From NCBI GenBank assembly GCA_964436705.1, contig CAYTEI010000002.1, positions 27,199-87,919 on the forward strand: a stretch of DNA of 60,721 bases, read 5' to 3'. The translations under genes were made by a program, and so were the position numbers. Origin of the DNA: an uncultured Thermococci archaeon. Its GTDB lineage: Archaea; Methanobacteriota_B; Thermococci; Thermococcales; CAYNOZ01. Below the pieces are notes generated by a model. It did not search any database. It had not been told where the DNA came from and saw only the letters and a program-made list of their open reading frames with translations. Below, piece by piece: positions 50,578-58,872 of this stretch (positions within the stretch are counted from its first letter, which is position 1; each line of letters begins with the position of its first letter).

Positions 50578-52281
50578 ATGAAAAGAAACAAGATCTTTGC
50601 CTTGTTGACAATCTCTATTTTAGTGATCTCTATTGGAATGACAGCTTCCAAGTCACCTGCAAAAGCCGAGACAAAACAAGAAGAAGAACCCGTAAAGATT
50701 GCAATTCTTCAACCAAGACAACAACAAGGACTCTACTTCTACGGAACATGGGCAATCCAGGGCTTCAAATTAGGTTTACAATATGCCACAAATTCCACCA
50801 ACTGGGAAAGTCCATATCAAATGGAAAACGGTCAGGAAATACAAACAAAAGTCTACAACACCGAGGGAACCCCAGATGTCGGAGTATCAAAAGCTAGAGA
50901 AGCAATCACAAATTGGGGAGCAGACATTATATTCGGAACATCACACAGCCCCGTAGCAACCTCCGTTCAAAGTATTGCAAAAGAATACACAACCCCATAC
51001 TTCATATGCCCCGGAGCATCCGCAGCCCTAACCCAAGACCCAAACTTCAATAAATACATATTCAGAGTTGGAAGAAACAACTGGCACGATGCCAAGGCAT
51101 CAGCTTACTACTACGGAAAACAACAAGAAATAGATTCCGTAGCCTACCTCGGAATAGACAATACCTTCGGCTATAACGGAGTAGAAACAGCTAAAAAAGC
51201 CTTCTCAGAATACGACGTAGAATCAGTCGCAACAGAATTTGCCCCCGCTGGAACAACAAACTTTAAACCCTACTTACAAAGAATAAAAAACAAAAATCCC
51301 GATAGAATCTACATTGTATGGGCTGGAAGTGGATTTGGACCACTATACCAATCGATAAGCAACCTGGATATGATGGATAAAGTCATTGGGTCAGTTATAG
51401 ACCTATTCACAATGAATAGAGTTAATCTAGTATCTGGTGGATTATACGAGGGAACTTCTGGTTTTAGCTACTTCGCCTACGATGTTAATTCAGGGCCCCA
51501 ATATGAATTCATGTTGGAAAAAATGAAGGAAAACGATATTAGACCTAACGAATTCGCCGGAGCCTATTCACAACAAGAAGGAGATGTATTTGATAAATTA
51601 TCAAAAATGAACGCACCAGAACTATGGCACGGGCAAGCCTTCGCATCTGCCCAATTTATGGTTGAAGGACTTAAAAAAGGATCAATATCAGAACCAAATT
51701 CTCTAATTAAAGCTTGGGAAGGAATGGAACTAGAAACACCACTCGGAGATACTCTAATTAGACCAAGAGACCACCAAGGCGTTAGACCAATGTATATTGC
51801 GGAAGCTGTAGTGGATACAGAAGATAACGATGTAGGACGTGAAGGATTTGGAACTGAAGGTCTAATTGTAGGAGAAAGAATCGAAAAAATCCCAAGAAAA
51901 TTCGTGGACCCGCCCGTAAAAACAGATTACGAACCGATGGTATCCGCTTTTAATGTTCAAGTCACCCCTTCTACTACAGAAGGTGAGGTACCTTTAGAAG
52001 TTGAGTTTGATGTTTCTACATCTGGAGGAGTTTCACCTTACGAGTATCAGTGGGAGTTTGGTGATGAAACAACTTCACAAGAGCAAAACCCTACTCATAC
52101 CTTTGAAGAGTCAGGAGAAAAAACAGTTTCCCTAAGTGTTACCGATGATGCTGGAGATACAGTTACGAAAGAAGTTACTGTTAATGTCCAGAGTGGCGGA
52201 TTACCAACTTGGGCACTTGCATTACTGGCAATAGTAATAATAGTGATTATCCTAGTTGGTATTATAAAAACAAGAGGCTAA
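50578..52281 (+). CDS. LivK-type (type I periplasmic) substrate-binding protein with C-terminal PKD domain and TM anchor
   Basis: Signal peptide MKRNKIFALLTISILVISIGMTA. LivK-like core of about 400 aa. PKD signature YQWEFGDETTSQEQNPTHTFEESGEKTVSLSVTDDAGD. C-terminal helix WALALLAIVIIVIILVGII. Confidence 0.78.
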   Translation: MKRNKIFALLTISILVISIGMTASKSPAKAETKQEEEPVKIAILQPRQQQGLYFYGTWAIQGFKLGLQYATNSTNWESPYQMENGQEIQTKVYNTEGTPDVGVSKAREAITNWGADIIFGTSHSPVATSVQSIAKEYTTPYFICPGASAALTQDPNFNKYIFRVGRNNWHDAKASAYYYGKQQEIDSVAYLGIDNTFGYNGVETAKKAFSEYDVESVATEFAPAGTTNFKPYLQRIKNKNPDRIYIVWAGSGFGPLYQSISNLDMMDKVIGSVIDLFTMNRVNLVSGGLYEGTSGFSYFAYDVNSGPQYEFMLEKMKENDIRPNEFAGAYSQQEGDVFDKLSKMNAPELWHGQAFASAQFMVEGLKKGSISEPNSLIKAWEGMELETPLGDTLIRPRDHQGVRPMYIAEAVVDTEDNDVGREGFGTEGLIVGERIEKIPRKFVDPPVKTDYEPMVSAFNVQVTPSTTEGEVPLEVEFDVSTSGGVSPYEYQWEFGDETTSQEQNPTHTFEESGEKTVSLSVTDDAGDTVTKEVTVNVQSGGLPTWALALLAIVIIVIILVGIIKTRG

Positions 52282-52481
52282 TAAAAAATGATTTTCTCTA
52301 TTTTATCTTTTATTATTTTAATCAAATCAATAATCCTGATTTTTTAATATATTTGAATTTTTCTGGTAATTTAGTAACTTATTTAATTTTTAGGGGGAAT
52401 AATTAAATCTTCTATTCAGTGGTATATCAGCTCCCGTAAAATATAACTTATCTTGTTCTGAATTTAACTTGAGGTGGTTGA

Positions 52482-52994
52482 ATGTTATCAAGTAGATTAG
52501 AGGAAGGTCTGAATGAGCAAATGAAGAATGAATTTTACTCTGCGTATCTTTATCTATCGATGGCTGCTTTCTGTGATAGTGAGGATTTGGTTGGATTCGC
52601 ACATTGGTTCAAAGAACAGGCTAAAGAGGAAGAATTTCATGCAATGAAATTTTATGACTATATTAATGATCGAAATGGGGAAATTGAGTTACAAGGTATA
52701 GAAGCGCCCGAAAACAATTTTGATTCTCTACGCGATGTTTTTGAAACCAGTTTCAATCATGAACAGAAGGTAACTGAAATGATTAATGATTTAATGGACA
52801 TAGCCAAAGAAGAGGGAGACCATGCTTCTATTAACTTTCTAAATTGGTTTGTGGAAGAACAAGTAGAAGAAGAAGATCAATTCAAAACATTGCTTAATAA
52901 GATTAAAAGAATAGGCGAAGAAGGGAACGTTATTTATAATTTAGATAAGGAAGTAGGACAAAGACAATTTAATCCACCAACGGACAATGAATAA
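52482..52994 (+). CDS. ftn: Ferritin (Ftn type)
   Basis: LNEQMKNEFYSAYLYLSMAAF...QAKEEEFHAMKFYDY closely parallels E. coli FtnA. GAGGTGG SD. Confidence 0.9.
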   Translation: MLSSRLEEGLNEQMKNEFYSAYLYLSMAAFCDSEDLVGFAHWFKEQAKEEEFHAMKFYDYINDRNGEIELQGIEAPENNFDSLRDVFETSFNHEQKVTEMINDLMDIAKEEGDHASINFLNWFVEEQVEEEDQFKTLLNKIKRIGEEGNVIYNLDKEVGQRQFNPPTDNE

Positions 52995-53041
52995 AAATAT
53001 AAAATATATTATCTTTTTTTATATTATTATATGTGCTTTAG

Positions 53042-54517
53042 ATGAAAAAAAATTACATAAAAAACCTCATATATGATATAAGAGGTAAAAAACCTCCAAT
53101 CCACATTTATAAGCTCTTAGAAATTCAGAATAAATTGTATATAATTGGTGAAGATAGAGTTGATAAGAGTGCTATTATCGGGAGTGGATATGTAGTAGGT
53201 GAATTAAATAAAGAACTTGATTTCGATAAAATTGTTGTCTTATCAAGGCTTAATTTAAAATTAAGAAGAGTAATACTTAGTAGAAATTGGGAACTCTTAT
53301 CTGGAATAGATGATGATTACGTTGGTCTTAAAAACTCTTTGCAGAAATTAATAGAAATTGAAAAAGAATTTCCACTTAAAAGTATTTTAAAAAAAGATAA
53401 CGATTTTAAAATTAATTTATCCGTCAAGATTAAGCCTCACAGATTTCAGGGAATTGATTTCTATTTATGCAAGGAATTAGGTATCAAACCTGAATTTAAC
53501 AATAATAAAGATTCTGAGATTATCTTTGGGGATTTTAATAAGGCTATTAAGCTTGATCCTATTAGGATTAATTCCAGATTTCTATTCCAGCTCTCAAGAT
53601 ATAGGTCGAAGAAGATATGTAAGAAAACTAGTATGAATAATACCTCTCCAAGCAATAATGAGTTTATATTGCATGAAAATTATTACGGTCTAGTTGATCC
53701 TACTCAAGCACAGAGAAAACTTTTTGAAGAGAACTCAATTAGTAAAAAAAATCTATGGGGGAATATCTATCCTGATCTAGATAAAATTATCAATGAATTT
53801 AGGATAAAAGAAAGCTATAAAAGATTAAAACAAATAAATGAGGATAGTGAAGGACAAAAAAAATTTATTAAAAAAGTTTTAACAACTTTACTAGAAATTG
53901 TAAGAAAAAATCCTGATCTCGGGAAATTTGAGGGTGATTTTAAGGATTTCGAGGTCAGTCCTTTAGTTGCATATTCCGGTGGTGTGGATAGTACTGCTAC
54001 TTTAATGATTTTAAAGGAACTAACGAACCCTATAGCAATTACTATAGGAAAAAAGGATAATACCAAAAAATTTGATGGAGTAAAACATATAGAAATAGAA
54101 AAGGATCAAGAATGGTTTAGTATTAAAGAATCGATAAGTGATCATAAATCTCATCCTTGTGGTAGATGCTCCGATTACGTAGAAGATAGAATCTATAATT
54201 TCGCAAAAGAAAATGATCTCAGCATAATTGTATTTGGCGATATGATTTCTACCGGTTCTCATTCTGTCTATATGGAGGATAAAATTTTGAAGGTTAATCT
54301 TCCTGCTTTTATTTCATTAGATAAGAGCCAAAATTATCGGATTACCGGTAGAACTTTGAAAAGTGATTTAGATTTTGGATGCGATTTATTAAACGAACTA
54401 CATAATCAGAACCCTGATCTAAAAAAGTTGTCAGTGAGAAGGGTTCTTCGTGAACTTCGGGCAAGAGTGATTGATCCAAAAATATCCAAAGCATTAATAA
54501 AGGATATCTTAAACTAA
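53042..54517 (+). CDS. PP-loop (N-type ATP pyrophosphatase) family protein with unrecognised ~300-aa N-terminal region
   Basis: SGGVDS PP-loop (nt ~53978-53995). Downstream HPCGRCSD and IVFGDM. The N-terminal 300 aa are N/K/I-rich with no motif I recognise. Confidence 0.6.
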   Translation: MKKNYIKNLIYDIRGKKPPIHIYKLLEIQNKLYIIGEDRVDKSAIIGSGYVVGELNKELDFDKIVVLSRLNLKLRRVILSRNWELLSGIDDDYVGLKNSLQKLIEIEKEFPLKSILKKDNDFKINLSVKIKPHRFQGIDFYLCKELGIKPEFNNNKDSEIIFGDFNKAIKLDPIRINSRFLFQLSRYRSKKICKKTSMNNTSPSNNEFILHENYYGLVDPTQAQRKLFEENSISKKNLWGNIYPDLDKIINEFRIKESYKRLKQINEDSEGQKKFIKKVLTTLLEIVRKNPDLGKFEGDFKDFEVSPLVAYSGGVDSTATLMILKELTNPIAITIGKKDNTKKFDGVKHIEIEKDQEWFSIKESISDHKSHPCGRCSDYVEDRIYNFAKENDLSIIVFGDMISTGSHSVYMEDKILKVNLPAFISLDKSQNYRITGRTLKSDLDFGCDLLNELHNQNPDLKKLSVRRVLRELRARVIDPKISKALIKDILN

Positions 54518-54538
54518 TAATGGTATATTGGTGATACT

Positions 54539-54727
54539 GTGGGAAAAATTAGACAAGATCATATAAAAAAAACTACAGAGAAATTGATGGAAATGCATAA
54601 GGATAAATTTACTGAAGACTTTGACGAAAATAAGGTAAAAGTGGAGGAACTCGTAAATCTTAACAGTAAGACTATGAGGAATAGGATTGCTGGATACATT
54701 ACTAAAAAGATTCGATCCTCAAACTAG
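54539..54727 (+). CDS. rps17e: 30S ribosomal protein S17e
   Basis: MGKIRQDHIKKTTEKLM...RNRIAGYITKK is typical of archaeal S17e. GTG start. Confidence 0.9.
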   Translation: MGKIRQDHIKKTTEKLMEMHKDKFTEDFDENKVKVEELVNLNSKTMRNRIAGYITKKIRSSN

Positions 54728-54741
54728 GATGTGAGACTCTA

Positions 54742-55707
54742 ATGGGCGTTCAGCTCAGTACCCTGGTTCCTAAAGAAGAAACATCCATTAAGAAAATAAG
54801 AAATCGAACTGTAGCAATAGATGCTTTCAATTATATTTACCAATTTCTTTCCTCTATTAGACAAAGAGATGGTACTCCTCTAAAAGATTCTAAGGGGAGA
54901 GTAACATCACATCTTTCCGGTCTTTTTTATCGAAATATTAATCTTCTTGAAGAGAATATTACTCCTGTCTATGTTTTTGATGGAGAACACCCTGATATGA
55001 AGAGAAAAGAAATTGAAAACCGAAATGAAGTGAGGGAGAAAGCTAAAGAGAAATGGAAGGAAAAAAAAGAAAAAGGAGAATTCACTTCAGCCAAGAAATA
55101 TGCTCAAATGAGTTCTAAAATTGAAAAAGATCAATTGAAATCTTCTAAAAAATTGTTGAATCTAATGGGCATACCAATAGTACAGGCACCGGCAGAGGGA
55201 GAAGCACAAGCTTCCTATATAGTTCAAAATAATGATTCATGGGCTGTAGCCTCCCAAGATTATGATTCTTTACTTTATGGATCTCCTAGAACCATCAGAA
55301 ATCTTGTAAAGGAAAAACCAAAAATTATCAACCTCAAACGAGTTTTAGAGGACAATGAAATCGATAGAGAACAATTAATTGAACTATCGATCCTGATAGG
55401 AACAGACTTTAACCCAGACGGAATCAAAGGAATTGGTCCCGTAAAGGGCTTGAAAATAGTTAAAGAAGAATCTTTTGATGATTATTCAGATGATTTTGAA
55501 ACAGACCCCTATAGAATTAAAGATCTTTTTTTAAATCCTGATGTTATTGTGGATTATAGCGTGGAAAGAAGTGAACCTGATACAGAAGGAATAATGAATA
55601 TGTTAGATGATTACGACTTTTCCCAGAACCGGCTACAAAAAGGGTTAAATAAAATAAGGAAATCTTACGAAAAAGGTGAACAAAGTAATTTAGAATCCTG
55701 GATGTAG
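54742..55707 (+). CDS. fen: Flap endonuclease FEN1
   Basis: MGVQLS...AIDAFNYIYQFL...SHLSGLFYR...VYVFDG, plus the AEGEAQASY and SQDYDSLL XPG-N/I motifs. Confidence 0.95.
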   Translation: MGVQLSTLVPKEETSIKKIRNRTVAIDAFNYIYQFLSSIRQRDGTPLKDSKGRVTSHLSGLFYRNINLLEENITPVYVFDGEHPDMKRKEIENRNEVREKAKEKWKEKKEKGEFTSAKKYAQMSSKIEKDQLKSSKKLLNLMGIPIVQAPAEGEAQASYIVQNNDSWAVASQDYDSLLYGSPRTIRNLVKEKPKIINLKRVLEDNEIDREQLIELSILIGTDFNPDGIKGIGPVKGLKIVKEESFDDYSDDFETDPYRIKDLFLNPDVIVDYSVERSEPDTEGIMNMLDDYDFSQNRLQKGLNKIRKSYEKGEQSNLESWM

Positions 55708-56769
55708 TTAATCCTCAAGATTCTTTCTCATTCCAAGATATGGATTTAGGAGTTCTGCTATTTTTTTCTTATAGACCCCTATGGTTGTATAAGCAGTTTG
55801 TCCTGATACTGTATGTTTTATCCCTAGTAAATAAGCTCTTCTCCTTTTTCGTTTTACTTTCTTATTCTTCACATTTCGAACTGAATCCAAATCTATTAGG
55901 ACCTTATTTGATTGTAAGGTTAATAAAATACTATTTTTTAATATTTCAATTTCGCCAACTTCCCATCGGCCTTTAGAATTGCCTTTGAGGTGATGTCTTC
56001 CAAAAGCTGCCTTAGTATCGATTATTTGTTTTAACATTCTGTAAAAAAATATCTTGATTTTACTTTTAGATTTTAAGTTAATTAAAAAGACCCTGTTTTC
56101 ATCTTTTTCTGTTATTGATATTGCCTTTTGCTGTTCATCCGGTGACCACTGCGAAAGTTTCATTGACCCTAAATTATCGTGTTGTACGGTATATTCTTCT
56201 TCATTAGAAATTAAAACCTGATTATCCTTTATCTTGATAAATGATTTCTTTAAATTCTTTCTTTCCCCGCCAGATCCTCTTATCACAACTTCCCCCTTAA
56301 AAACAGCTACTGGACCTTGTTCTACTTCCTCTTTCTCCGGGATTTCACCCTCCTCAGCTTCTTTCCAGTCTTCTCCCTGCTCCTTATCGGAGTATTCAAG
56401 GGCATACTCTATACTACCCCAAATCTTAGAAGGTGTTATATCACTCTTCACAATATAATCCTGAGCTCCTTTTTTTATAGCATCAACAGCTAATTGCTCA
56501 TTTCCTTGGCCTGTAACCATAATTACAGGAATATTAATATTCTTTCTCTCCAATTCACTCAAGACTTCCATACCATCCATATCAGGAAGCTTATAATCCA
56601 AAAAAACTAGATCATAGTTATTAGATTCAATTAAAGAAATCCCTGAAGATCCTCTTAGTTCTGTGTGGAAATCGAATTTTACTGGAGACTCTTGCTTCAA
56701 TGATCTTTCCATAATTAATTGATGATCTTTATTATCTTCCACATATAAGACCTTTAATTTATCTTTCAT
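55708..56769 (-). CDS. Response regulator: REC domain + acidic linker + uncharacterised ~200-aa C-terminal domain
   Basis: REC motifs VLYVEDN, LVFLDYKLPDMDG, MVTGQG, KGAQDYIVK. ATG 56769 overlaps the kinase 3' end by 11 nt (the track start 56814 adds a hydrophobic, probably untranslated extension). Confidence 0.82.
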   Translation of the reverse strand: MKDKLKVLYVEDNKDHQLIMERSLKQESPVKFDFHTELRGSSGISLIESNNYDLVFLDYKLPDMDGMEVLSELERKNINIPVIMVTGQGNEQLAVDAIKKGAQDYIVKSDITPSKIWGSIEYALEYSDKEQGEDWKEAEEGEIPEKEEVEQGPVAVFKGEVVIRGSGGERKNLKKSFIKIKDNQVLISNEEEYTVQHDNLGSMKLSQWSPDEQQKAISITEKDENRVFLINLKSKSKIKIFFYRMLKQIIDTKAAFGRHHLKGNSKGRWEVGEIEILKNSILLTLQSNKVLIDLDSVRNVKNKKVKRKRRRAYLLGIKHTVSGQTAYTTIGVYKKKIAELLNPYLGMRKNLED

Positions 56770-57673
56770 TATTCTTAAACCCAGGAAAAGTAAAATATAC
56801 GGTGGTCCCCTCATTTAGAGAAGAATCTATCCAAATATCGCCATCATGATCTTCAACAATTTTCTTACAAATTGTTAAACCTGCTCCATTACCCTCATTA
56901 TCTTTTCCAGTGTTCTCATATAATTTAAAGGCTTTATCTATTTTTTCCTCTTCAATACCTACGCCATTATCTTTCACATAAAATTTATTATCTTCTTTTT
57001 CATAGCCTATTTTAATCTCTTTTTTTCCAGATTTATTAAATTTTAGACCGTTTTGGATAAGGTTATCAAAAAGTTCCTTCATCCATTTCTCTTTAGCTTC
57101 AATTTCAGGCATATTATCTATTTCAAAACTTGCTTTCCCTTCGTAATCATTAACTACCGATTGAATAATAGCATTTAAATCTATTTTTGCTTTTTCAGTC
57201 CTTCCAATTCTTGATAATTTTAATAGATCCTCTATCATAGACTCCATCTTGTCAGAGGCATTCTTTATTCGATCTATAAAATCTTTACCATCTTCCCCTA
57301 GTTTTTCCGAAAAATCTTCTTCTAGAAAAGTACTGAAAGACTTTATTGTCATTATGGGAGATCTAAAATCATGAGATACTGCATATATATATTCTTGAAT
57401 TTCACTCTTCGCTTTATCTAACATTTTCCGATAATCTTCCCTAAATGTAATCAAGAATCTATCTTGGTCTATTCGTGATTTATGTCCAACTAATCTTGGA
57501 TTAAATGATTTAATAATTATTTCCTGACCATTTTCTTCCACCTGTAAGTTTTCAAATGGATCTCCATTTAATATATCATTCTTAAAGTACTCTTCAGACT
57601 TATTATTACTCTCTATAATCTCTCCGTTTTCATCAATAATAATCGCGATTTCCCCTATATCATCCAGATCCAT
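56759..57673 (-). CDS. Soluble sensor histidine kinase (short PAS-like N-terminus, HisKA, HATPase_c)
   Basis: H-box AVSHDFRSP, N-box LIQNGLKF, G1 DNGVGI, G2 GNGAGL. No TM segments. Confidence 0.87.
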   Translation of the reverse strand: MDLDDIGEIAIIIDENGEIIESNNKSEEYFKNDILNGDPFENLQVEENGQEIIIKSFNPRLVGHKSRIDQDRFLITFREDYRKMLDKAKSEIQEYIYAVSHDFRSPIMTIKSFSTFLEEDFSEKLGEDGKDFIDRIKNASDKMESMIEDLLKLSRIGRTEKAKIDLNAIIQSVVNDYEGKASFEIDNMPEIEAKEKWMKELFDNLIQNGLKFNKSGKKEIKIGYEKEDNKFYVKDNGVGIEEEKIDKAFKLYENTGKDNEGNGAGLTICKKIVEDHDGDIWIDSSLNEGTTVYFTFPGFKNNER

Positions 57674-58497
57674 ACTATTTATCCTCCATCATCCCAGAAA
57701 TTTTCTTTTAACTTATACAAAAATAATCTTAATTCTTAAATAATTTTAATGAATTTAATATATTCCATAGGCGATTAATTTCATATAAGACATCATTAAC
57801 CCTAGTGAAATGCAAAGTAAAATACAAATCATAAAGGTTTATTCCATGATATTTCATCGAAATTAACCTCGTATCTTGCAAATAGATCTTAAAACTCAAT
57901 ATATAAATAAGTATTTTAAAATTTTTGTTAGTAATCTCTCATATAAGTCAAAAAAGTATTCAGGTTATATATCAACACACTTCTTCAGAAAGGGTAATTC
58001 ATCAGACATAAAAATCATAAACTATAAACAGCATAATTAATTTTTCCAAATACTTTACTTTTATCCCTTAAAACTCTTGAATTTAAATAAAAATTGTTAA
58101 AACCTTCTCTTACTCTGCTATTGTGAATAGAAGAAAGAATTTATGGAATTAGAGATATGAGTAACTTAAATATCTGGTGTAAAGAATGCGAAATACCTAT
58201 GGTATACAGTAATACCGACGAATGTACAGAATTTACTGACGAAGACGAGTAAAAAATAAAAAAAGAATTGAAGAATCGTATTATAATAGGCCAAGTTCTG
58301 AAAACCCTAGTAGCTTACTATGATATTGTTAGCGAATTAATTTACTGAATTATCAAAAAAACAAATGAAGAAAAAAGAAAACCAAATAAAGTATGGATTG
58401 AGGAATTAGAAAAGCCTGTCGATTAATTCTACCCTCCCTTTTTAGGTCACTTAATAAGTTTTATTTACAATCAATAATAACTTCCTCCAGTGATAGA

Positions 58498-58854
58498 ATG
58501 GATAAGAAGATAAATCTGGGCCAATATAAATTTGGTGAAATTGAGATTAATGGTGAAAAATACACTAATGACGTTATAATTTTTCCTAATAAAATCAAAG
58601 ACAACTGGTGGAGAAAAAATGGGCACAGTATCGAAATTGATGATGTTGAAGAAGTAATTGATTATAATCCGGAAATTTTTATTATAGGTAGAGGAAAAAA
58701 TGGGAGATTAACAGTCCACGACAAATTTATAAAGAATATGAACTCTTACGAGATAGAAGTGCTAGCTCTAAAAACCCCTAAAGCTAAGAAAAAGTTTAAT
58801 AAATTTTTAAAAGAAAGTAAAGACGTAGTAGCCGGATTACATTTAACCTGTTGA
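58498..58854 (+). CDS. Mth938-like (DUF498) protein
   Basis: FGEIEINGEKYTNDVIIFP...PEIFIIGRGKNG...VVAGLHLTC matches the Mth938/NDUFAF3-like domain pattern. Confidence 0.75.
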   Translation: MDKKINLGQYKFGEIEINGEKYTNDVIIFPNKIKDNWWRKNGHSIEIDDVEEVIDYNPEIFIIGRGKNGRLTVHDKFIKNMNSYEIEVLALKTPKAKKKFNKFLKESKDVVAGLHLTC

Positions 58855-58872
58855 AAAATTGGGATTAATACT

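Noticed and set aside
52390-52406. DtxR-like half-site TTAGGGGGAATAATTAA upstream of ferritin.
   Set aside because: Only the left arm (TTAGG) matches. The right arm is ATTAA rather than CCTAA, so it is not a convincing palindrome.
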